NCBI GenBank assembly: GCA_963836125.1
Contig: CAWIIK010000006.1
Span: forward strand, 31,975 to 95,974
Direction: 5' to 3'
DNA from: an uncultured Acidobacteriota bacterium
GTDB taxonomy: Bacteria > Acidobacteriota > Terriglobia > Acidiferrales > UBA7541
Length of the DNA: 64,000 nucleotides
Shown here: positions 56,993 through 64,000 of the stretch, piece after piece
Position numbering within the stretch: the stretch's first letter is position 1
Layout of the letters: the number at the start of each line of letters is the position of its first letter
Notes under the pieces: model-generated
What the model was told of the DNA's origin: nothing
The model's database searches: none
The model's input: the letters and a program-made list of their open reading frames with translations, nothing else
Translations under genes and position numbers: made by a program

Positions 56993-57519
56993 ATGCCTGT
57001 CGCTTTGATCGGGGCGTCACCGTAGCCTTCGCCTTTCTCGGGTGGGGCGTCTTCGCCGCGCAATACATTTGGCCGTCGATACGCAAACGGGAACGCGCAG
57101 AAGCGCTCAGGCCGATCCTCGTACTGCACGGTTTCAGGTACATCGGCCTCGCGGCCTTGATCTCTCGCGTCGTTTCTCCGCAGTTGTCCGGCACTCCATT
57201 CGCTCTTGAACTTGCCTACGGTGACCTAGCAGCTGCGACCCCTGGCCCTTCTCGCGCTCGCGACTCTCAGGACGAGATTGGCAGGAACCCTGGTCTGGAT
57301 CTTCAACATTTTCGGGACCGATCTGCGGAATGCGTTTTATCAGGGTAGCCGTATTTCGCTCGCGAACGCGCCGGGACTGTTGGGCGCGGTTTATTTCCTC
57401 CCGATCTTCGGAGTCCCTCTCCTATTGATCACGCATGTTCTTGTGTTCAGGTTGTTGCTGCGCAAAGAGGTGGCTGCGCCTTCGGCTGTTGCCGGTCGTG
57501 CGGAGGCAGAGGTCGCGCG
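56993..57519 (+). pseudogene. Polytopic membrane protein gene interrupted by two compensating frameshifts
   Basis: AAAGGAG precedes the ATG at 56993 (frame 2, MPVALI...), and a stop follows 10 codons later. The coherent hydrophobic protein continues in frame 1 (GVTVAFAFLGWGVFAAQYIWP...LAYGDLAAAT). It then returns to frame 2 (LALLALATLRTRLAGTLVWIFNIFGTDLRNAFYQG...VPLLLITHVLVFRLLL). The switches coincide with GGGG at 57011-57014 and CCCC at 57239-57242. No in-frame stop occurs before the convergent mtgA gene, so the 3' end is approximate. Confidence 0.6.
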
Positions 57520-57520
57520 A

Positions 57521-58249
57521 TTACCAGCCCATTTGGCGCATGCGCTCGAGGATGAGCGCGCTGTAGTGATTCATGCGATCCGGGCGCCTCTTCAGGGGCA
57601 ACGGCAAAATTGCGGCGAGCCGGGCCGACCGTTCGCGGTCCATATTTCGCGCCGAGGTTTGGTAGTAGTAGCGGCATGCCGACTCGGCGCCATACACGCC
57701 AGGACCCCATTCGACCACGTTGAGATAGAGCTCCAGAATCCTCCGCTTGCCGAGGACCAGTTCGGCCACCGGCACGAGCGTGGCCTCGAAGCCCTTGCGC
57801 AGGACCGAGCGCCCCGTCCCGAAGAACATGTTTTTTACCAGTTGCTGCGTGATGGTGGATCCTCCGCGAATGCGGTGGCCGCCTTCCATATCGTCTTCGG
57901 CGGCGATCTCCATCGCCTGCCAATCGAATCCATGGTGCTGGTAAAAACGCGCGTCTTCCGCGGCGATCACGGCATGCTGGAAATCGGGCGAAATCTGGCT
58001 GAGCGGAACGAATTCGTACCGCTTGCGATACGGCTTGCCGTGAATCCAGGCCTCCAAGCGGCGCTCCGTCTGGACTGCAGTCGTCGGTGGATCGATCCAT
58101 CTCGCAGCCACGAGGATCAGCGCAGCAAAAGACCAAAGAAGCGCTGCCCCGATCACAACCCATCGGATAAAGGATCGGACAGAGCCTTTGCTAACCGGGG
58201 GCTGGACGCTTTCGCGGGCGCTTGCGTTCGCGTCTGGATTCTCGGTCAC
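57521..58249 (-). CDS. mtgA: Monofunctional biosynthetic peptidoglycan transglycosylase
   Basis: GT51 motifs are present: AVIAAEDARFYQHHGFDW, RGGSTITQQLVKN and RILELYLNVVEWG. Confidence 0.9.
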   Translation of the reverse strand: MTENPDANASARESVQPPVSKGSVRSFIRWVVIGAALLWSFAALILVAARWIDPPTTAVQTERRLEAWIHGKPYRKRYEFVPLSQISPDFQHAVIAAEDARFYQHHGFDWQAMEIAAEDDMEGGHRIRGGSTITQQLVKNMFFGTGRSVLRKGFEATLVPVAELVLGKRRILELYLNVVEWGPGVYGAESACRYYYQTSARNMDRERSARLAAILPLPLKRRPDRMNHYSALILERMRQMGW

Positions 58250-58539
58250 ATTTCAGAATAATCCGCTGGGCTCGAATTACATAGCGCGCGCTAAGTTGGG
58301 GGTAAGACATAGGGGGAGGCAACCGTACGCCACTCCGCCGTCCGGTTCGTGCCGGGAGCAATGTCCGGTTACCCCTGCGGGCACTTGGCAAGTCCGAGGT
58401 TTTGTGGCGCGGCGAGCATCCTCAAGTCTGTCTTAATCCATAAAAGAAGACGAAACTTTCCAGCCTCGCTTCCCGTATCTTTAACCATAACGGGAGGGCG
58501 AGAAGCCGTCTGCCCCAACTCGACACTTCCGAAACGACC

Positions 58540-58785
58540 TCCCATGTCGGACTGGGATCGGCGGTCTTTGCGTATTTGTGGTTCAAGTCCGGATACATTC
58601 CCAGAACACTCGCCGCTTGGGGCGTGTTTTCATCCGTGCTGGTTGTGGGGTGTGAATTGGCCTTCATTGTTCTCCCGAATTTGGCGCGCACTCTCCAACC
58701 AGGCTTCTACGTGCCGATCGGCCTTTTTGAACTAATAGTAGGCTTGTGGCTCTTGATCAAGGGACTAAGTCCTTCGACGGGTTAG
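58540..58785 (+). pseudogene. 3' remnant of a DUF4386-family membrane protein gene
   Basis: Only a C-terminal-like ~80 aa are encoded (GLGSAVFAYLWFKSGYIPRTLAAWGVFSSVLVVGCELAFIVLPN...GLFELIVGLWLLIKGL). Only about 330 nt lie upstream before mtgA, which is too short for a full-length gene. The family assignment is from memory of the typical C-terminal pattern. Confidence 0.45.
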
Positions 58786-58898
58786 GTCGCTCCCAAGAGC
58801 AAGATCGGCGCGATTCGCCTCAGCCGTTAACTCCCGTGTCGGATGGCCGGACATTTCCTCTGCGAGTCAACACATCGACTTTCCCGAGCCTGCGCCGG

Positions 58899-60626
58899 CT
58901 ACTCGTCGTGGGGATTCTTGAACTCAAAGGGGATGTGGACGACGGCTTCGAGATCGACCGGTACGCCCGCGCGCCGTCCGGGCAGGAATTTCCATCGCGC
59001 GAGCGCGGCCATCGCGTTCTTATCGAGTTGTGGGTCGAGGCTGCGCATCACCTGAATGCTGTCGACCGAGCCGTCCTTGCGGATGATCGCGTAGAGGACC
59101 ACCTGGCCGTCGATATGCTCCTTGATCGCATCTTCGGGATATTCGGGGTCGACTTTGAGGATCGGCTCGGGCGCCGATAGCGGCCCCTTCGGCCGGTAGG
59201 GCGGCCGCGGGTCCTCGTCGAGCTGCGCGAAACTCAGGACCCAGCTCCCGCTCGCGCTGGTCAAGTTCGGAAGATTGATCCGTAGCGTGTAGATTTCCTT
59301 CCCGCCGAATATGGTTTCTGGCGGCTGGCTCGGGTTGAGCCCCGCAACATTCGCGGGCCCTCGCCTGACGCTCGCCGACGGCTCCATCGCCACCATCGGC
59401 TGAAGGATCAGCCCGCGATGCGCCGGCGCCAGCCCTCCGCCCGCCGAGCGTGGGTTTCCGCCGCTCACGCTGATCGCAGCCGGCAGTTCGCTGTTGCCTG
59501 CACCGCCCGCCATCGCGGAAACGCTCCCCGCTCCGCCGCTCGCACCCGCTGATGCACCGTCGCCCGCCGCAGCCGAGCCTCTGCCCTCGCTCGCTCCTGT
59601 GGCGCCGCGCGCCGCGCCGCCGGGAGCGCCCGGCTTCGCGTCCGGCCCCATCGAAATCCGCGCGGCCAGATTGCCCTGCGGCACGCTCACCACCGGAGCA
59701 GGCGGCGCCGGAGTCGCGGACAGCGCAATCAAGCGCCGCGCGCTCGAATCGCCCTGATTCTCCGCAATTTCCGGCGCGGCTGCCGGATTCTCGCGCGCGA
59801 TGCGCTGCCGCGCGACCGACTTCGACATCGGGCTCAGCGGAATTTGCGGACGCGCGATCTCCACCTGCGATTGCGCGATGTTCAGCGGCCCGGAATTTTT
59901 CTCGTTGTTGGCGACTTCCGGCGCGGCGACGTCGCGCACCTTGCGCCGCTCGATCTTCGGCGCGACAGCCGTCGGCACCACCGGAATCCGCAGCTTCGGC
60001 TGCTCCTTCTCAGCCCACTCGACGATATTCGGCAATGGCGTGACGATCTTCGGCGGCGTCGCCGGCGCATCCGGCTGGATCAGCGTCTGCCGCGGGTGCG
60101 TCACTTTCACGGGAACCGAAAGAATCGTTTGGCGCGGATGATACACATCTTCGCCGCGCTCGACTGGCTGCTTGCTCGCGTCATCCGCCTTCTTTGGCGG
60201 CGGGCTCGGCTTCGCTCTGGCGACCGGCAGCGAAATCTTCGGTAAATCGGGCGGATCGTACACGTCGTATTCGATCTGGACCGGCGCGAGCGTCGGCCGA
60301 GTTTGCGGCAGGAAACCCCAGATCGGCAGAATCAGCACCCACACGGCAACCACGTGCCAGAGGGACGACGCGAGAAACGCCTTCGCCGGCGGCTTCCCCT
60401 CGACCCAATCAACGCGCAGCGGGCGGCCCTCGGGAACCTCGCTATCCTTCGGCGCTCGCGGCCCCGCAAAAAAGGCGCGCGCGCTGGTGACGAACTCTTC
60501 CTGCGGCGATTCCCAATCGATCGCCAGATCGAGCCTCGGCAAACGCGAGTGTGGCGGGAGTTCCTCGATCGAACCCTTCAGCGGATGCGAATCGCCCTGC
60601 AGAAGAGGGTGCATGGGTCCGGCCAT
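58899..60626 (-). CDS. TonB-family energy transducer, unusually long, with Pro-rich and Gly/Ala-rich spacers
   Basis: It has an N-terminal TM helix (SSLWHVVAVWVLILPIWGF). The C-terminal TonB domain reads PEPILKVDPEYPEDAIKEHIDGQVVLYAIIRKDGSVDSIQVMRSLDPQLDKNAMAALARWKFLPG. Confidence 0.8.
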   Translation of the reverse strand: MAGPMHPLLQGDSHPLKGSIEELPPHSRLPRLDLAIDWESPQEEFVTSARAFFAGPRAPKDSEVPEGRPLRVDWVEGKPPAKAFLASSLWHVVAVWVLILPIWGFLPQTRPTLAPVQIEYDVYDPPDLPKISLPVARAKPSPPPKKADDASKQPVERGEDVYHPRQTILSVPVKVTHPRQTLIQPDAPATPPKIVTPLPNIVEWAEKEQPKLRIPVVPTAVAPKIERRKVRDVAAPEVANNEKNSGPLNIAQSQVEIARPQIPLSPMSKSVARQRIARENPAAAPEIAENQGDSSARRLIALSATPAPPAPVVSVPQGNLAARISMGPDAKPGAPGGAARGATGASEGRGSAAAGDGASAGASGGAGSVSAMAGGAGNSELPAAISVSGGNPRSAGGGLAPAHRGLILQPMVAMEPSASVRRGPANVAGLNPSQPPETIFGGKEIYTLRINLPNLTSASGSWVLSFAQLDEDPRPPYRPKGPLSAPEPILKVDPEYPEDAIKEHIDGQVVLYAIIRKDGSVDSIQVMRSLDPQLDKNAMAALARWKFLPGRRAGVPVDLEAVVHIPFEFKNPHDE

Positions 60627-60673
60627 TATACCCGCCCGATGGGGGAAGGCCAGAAGGGTCAGATGCGCTTGGG

Positions 60674-61237
60674 TCAGGCGGCGGCTGCCAGGCAGTAGAA
60701 GCTCAGCGCGGCATCGCCCTGCTCGACTACGCGCATGCGTTCGAGCCGCGTAAACCGTTCCGGGAGTTCGGTTTTCGAGGAATGCTCGACGATCGCGAGT
60801 CCCTGCGGCGCGAGCAAATGCGATTCATCGAGGAACTCGAGCACGAGCAGCTGTTCTTCCTCGTCCTCATACGGCGGATCGAGAAAGACGAAATCCGCCA
60901 TCCGGTGCCGCGCCGCAAGCTTCTCGAGCGCCTTCGCCGCCGTCGCGGTAATGACTTCGGCGGTGCCGGTTGCGCCGAGGGCCTTGAGGTTTTCCTGAAT
61001 CAGCCGCGCGCTCGCCGCGTGCTCCTCGACAAACACCACCTCCTTCGCGCCCCGGCTGATCGCCTCGATTCCGATCGCGCCCGTCCCGGCATACAAATCG
61101 ACAAAGAGCGAATCCTCCACCGCCGGCCCCAGAATATTGAACAGCGTCTCGCGCAAACGGTCGCTCGTCGGCCGCATCCGCAGCTTCCCCGGCCCCTTGA
61201 GCTTCCGGCTCCCGAATTTTCCCGCGATCACGCGCAT
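60674..61237 (-). CDS. rsmD: 16S rRNA (guanine966-N2)-methyltransferase RsmD
   Basis: It starts MRVIAGKFGSRKL...RPTSDRLRETLFNIL, and contains DLYAGTGAIGIEAISRGA and DFVFLDPPY. Confidence 0.9.
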   Translation of the reverse strand: MRVIAGKFGSRKLKGPGKLRMRPTSDRLRETLFNILGPAVEDSLFVDLYAGTGAIGIEAISRGAKEVVFVEEHAASARLIQENLKALGATGTAEVITATAAKALEKLAARHRMADFVFLDPPYEDEEEQLLVLEFLDESHLLAPQGLAIVEHSSKTELPERFTRLERMRVVEQGDAALSFYCLAAAA

Positions 61238-61265
61238 CGCCTTGCTTGCTTCCTTCCCTCCTCCT

Positions 61266-63384
61266 TCACCCCACCGACGCCAGCTGATACCGTGCCCGCC
61301 ACGACGGGCTCACCGCTTCCAACCGCCTGGCAATTTCCTCCGCCCGCGCCAGATCCTCCGCCACGGCAAAGGCCTCGCGCCGCGCCATCTCGAGAATCTC
61401 GTGGTCGCGCAACGGCTGCGCGAACGAGAACGCCGCGTCGCCGTTCTGCCGCGTGCCGAAAAATTCTCCCGGGCCGCGCTGCTTCAGATCGCGCTCCGCA
61501 ATCTCGAATCCGTTCGACGTCGCCACCATCGTCTCGATCCGTTCCCGCGCATCTCCAAGGATGGATTTCGGCGCCACAAGGATGCAATACGACTTCTCTT
61601 TCCCGCGCCCGATCCTGCCGCGAAGCTGGTGCAGCTGCGCAAGGCCAAAGCGATCCGCGTGCTCGATCACCATGACGGTCGCGTTCGGCACGTCCACGCC
61701 AACCTCGATCACCGTGGTCGCCACCAGGATCTGCAGTTCGCCGCGGCGAAACTGCTCCATCACCGAATCTTTGTCTTCGTTCTTCAGCCGCCCGTGCAGC
61801 AGGCCCACCCTCAGTTTTGGAAAAACATTCTTCGCGAGCCGCTCGTATTCCGCTGTCGCTGCCTTCAGCTCCTGCTTCGATTCCTCGATCACCGGATACA
61901 GTACATACGCCTGCCGGCCCTTCGCGATTTCGCGCCGCAAGAATTCCCACACGCCCGGCAATTGCGCGTCCGCCGTCCAGCGCGTCTCGATCGGCGTGCG
62001 CCCCGGCGGCATTTCGTCGATCACCGAAAGTTCGAGGTCGCCGTAAAGCGTCAGCGCGAGCGTGCGCGGGATCGGCGTCGCCGTCATCACCAGCACGTGC
62101 GGCGACGCGCCCTTTTCGATCAGCCGCTTGCGCTGCAAGACGCCAAAGCGATGCTGCTCGTCGACAATCGCCAGGCCCAGCTTGTGAAATTTCACCGGAT
62201 CTTCGATCAGCGCGTGCGTCCCAACCACCAGCTTCGTCTCGCCGCTTTCGATGCGCGCCAGCGCCTCTTCGCGCTCCGCGCGCTTGCGCCCGCTCACGAT
62301 CAAATCGACGCGATAGCCTGCCACGCGCGAAAACACGCCGCGCCGAAAGGAAATGCTGCGCAGCGAGAATTTCAGTCGGCGCCATCAGCGCCACCTGGTA
62401 GCCATTTTCGATCACGATCGTGGCGGCCTCGAGCGCCACGATCGTTTTCCCGCTGCCGACGTCGCCCTCGAGCAGCCGGTGCATCGGAAACGGCTTTTCG
62501 AGGTCGCTTGCGATTTCCGCCAGCACGCGCTTCTGCGCCGCCGTCGGCTTGAACGGCAAAATCCGCTTCAGCGCTTCGCGGACTTTTTCTTCGCGCACGC
62601 GCATCGCGATCCCGCGCTGCCGGTGATCCTGCGAGCGGCGCAGCGCCAGCGCGATCTGGTAGTAGAAGAACTCCTCGAAAATCAGCCGCAGGTGCGCCGG
62701 GCTGCGGAACGTGTTGAGCAGCTCGACGTTTTCGTTTTTCGCCGGAAAATGAACCGCGAGCAGCGCCTCGCGCCGGCCCGGAAACCGGTAGCGCGCGCGA
62801 ATCTCCTCCGGCAGCGGATCGGGGATGTTGCCGTCGAAATTCAGCAGCACGGCATAGATGATTCGCCGCAGCATCCGCGAGCTGATCGCGCCAATCGCTT
62901 CGTACACCGGCACGATGCGTCCCACTTCGGTCGAATCCGCGGGCGCGCCATCGCCGCTCAGAATCTCGATCTGCGGATTCACCATCTCGATCCGCCCCGG
63001 CCGGTACGCGTCGACCTCCGCCTTGCCGTGCATCACGAGCCGCTGCCCTTCCTTAAGCCGCCCTTCGAGATACGCGCCGTGAAAAAATCGCGCGTGCAGC
63101 GAGCCCGACGCGTCGCGCACCGTCACGTGAAACACGGGGCCGCGCCCGCCGCGGAACCGCACCGTGCTTCCGCCGCCGCTCGCCACTTCGGCCAGAATCG
63201 TCTGCACCTGCCCGGGAATAATTTCGGCGATCTTCGTGAATCGAATCCGGTCCTCGTAGCGGAATGGCAGATAGCCGAGCAGGTCGCCAACGGTCACAAT
63301 CCCGCGCTCCTCGAGCGCCGCCGCACGATGCGGCCCCACGCCGCGCAAATATTTCACCGGATTGCTGAGATTGATCGACATCAC
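61266..63384 (-). pseudogene. recG: ATP-dependent DNA helicase RecG with its reading frame broken near 62330-62340
   Basis: The N-terminal part reads cleanly in one frame (wedge domain and Walker A, LLEGDVGSGKTIVAL...MAPTEILAAQHFLSARRV). It then degenerates into Arg/Gly/Ala-rich nonsense. The remainder (...SRVAGYRVDLIVSGRKRAEREEAL...GTHALIEDPV...IVDEQHRFGV...TATPIPRTL...HQLRGRIGRG) is in the +1 frame as ORF 61266..62336. The switch lies at or next to the T4 run (A4 on the plus strand, 62330-62333). Confidence 0.85.
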
Positions 63385-63509
63385 CAGGCGTACAGTGGCA
63401 CCGACAATCCTGTCGGTGCGCTTACCCGAGCGTTCTCCAATTTATATCATCGGTTCGCTTGGGGTATAGTCTCCCGCGTTGGCACGAAGGTTTCGGGGGA
63501 ACCGACACG

Positions 63510-64000
63510 ATGAACATAGGGAACGTCCGCATTCTTGCGCTCGCGTTGCTCATCGCCGCAAGCGGGTTTTTCAGCCCTGCCGCGTCGGCTCAATCCTCAT
63601 CGACAACATCGGGGGCGACGGCCACGCCAATCGCCGCCGACCAGCTCGCGAATCGTTGCGCATCCGATGTCAAGCCCGCGCCGCCCGCCGCGCCCTCTTG
63701 GACCGGCTGGGGCGTACATCCCGCGAACTGGCGCTTCCAGCCCGCAGCCGAGGCGGGAATTTCCGCGGAGGACGTCCCGCACCTCAAGCTGAAATGGGCC
63801 TTCGGCATTCCCCACGTGCGCATGGTGCGCTCGCAGCCCGCGGTTTTCGGCGGCCGCGTCTACGTCAGCGGCAACGACGGCTCGGTCTACTCGCTCGACG
63901 CCGCCACCGGCTGCACCTTCTGGGCGACCGCCACGACGAAGCCCGTGCGCTCCGGCATGCTTGTCGGCAAAGCCGGTTCCGTCGAAGCGGTTTTCTTCGG
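63510..64000 (+). CDS. PQQ-like beta-propeller protein, paralog of 54448..56319 without the cytochrome c domain. The 3' end runs off the window.
   Basis: This gene is not in the ORF track because it has no stop in the window. From the ATG at 63510 it reads MNIGNVRILALALLIAASGFFSPAASAQ...SWTGWGVHPANWRFQP...HLKLKWAFGIPHVRMVRSQPAVFGGRVYVSGNDGSVYSLDAATGCTFWA. This is colinear with NWNGWGVDLVNSRYQP...HMKLKWAFGIPNASSALGQPTIVSGRLFVGSGDGTVYALDASTGCTIWA. Confidence 0.75.
   Translation, partial: MNIGNVRILALALLIAASGFFSPAASAQSSSTTSGATATPIAADQLANRCASDVKPAPPAAPSWTGWGVHPANWRFQPAAEAGISAEDVPHLKLKWAFGIPHVRMVRSQPAVFGGRVYVSGNDGSVYSLDAATGCTFWATATTKPVRSGMLVGKAGSVEAVFF

Noticed and set aside
1-64000. CRISPR arrays, rRNA/tRNA genes, insertion sequences, integrases, or recognisable phage or defence-island genes.
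   Set aside because: I found no regularly spaced repeats, no tRNA-like T-arm/acceptor signatures in intergenic regions, and no transposase- or integrase-like ORFs by eye. vapBC is the only mobile-type module.

Overview
High-GC bacterial chromosomal window. Gene content (CarboxypepD_reg-type TonB-dependent receptor, cohesin-tailed secretin, several PQQ beta-propellers) suggests Acidobacteriota, but this is inference and not verifiable here. Most of the window is ordinary: smpB, pepA, msrA, argS, metG, a tatD-like gene, a polyprenyl synthase, glmS, mtgA, rsmD, recG, an Mla/MCE-type ABC system, a secretin with two pseudopilins, a LolCDE-like ABC module, a copper-handling SCO/TonB-receptor module, a 2-hydroxyacid/ThDP enzyme group, vapBC and a carotenoid oxygenase. 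The stand-out region is 1-9974. It holds four paralogous genes that the ORF track splits at an in-frame TGA. In every copy the TGA sits in the same G-V-(A/G)-(G/D)-U-x-x-C context (UGSC, UPGC, UHGC, UEAC). A hairpin follows each TGA, and protein-level conservation continues across it. I read these as UGSC-type selenoproteins fused to an unassigned domain of about 450 aa. One copy carries a Tat-like signal. All four, plus a MarR gene and a PQQ dehydrogenase with a cupredoxin-like tail, sit behind copies of one 14-bp near-palindrome, GTTGTYTTGACAAC, that contains the -35 hexamer. Secondary observations: three reading-frame breaks at 4-nt homopolymer runs (recG once, a membrane protein gene twice), which may be real decay or assembly error; a truncated DUF4386 remnant; a vapC with no canonical start codon; and two edge-truncated genes missing from the ORF track. 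No rRNA, tRNA, CRISPR array or transposase was recognised.
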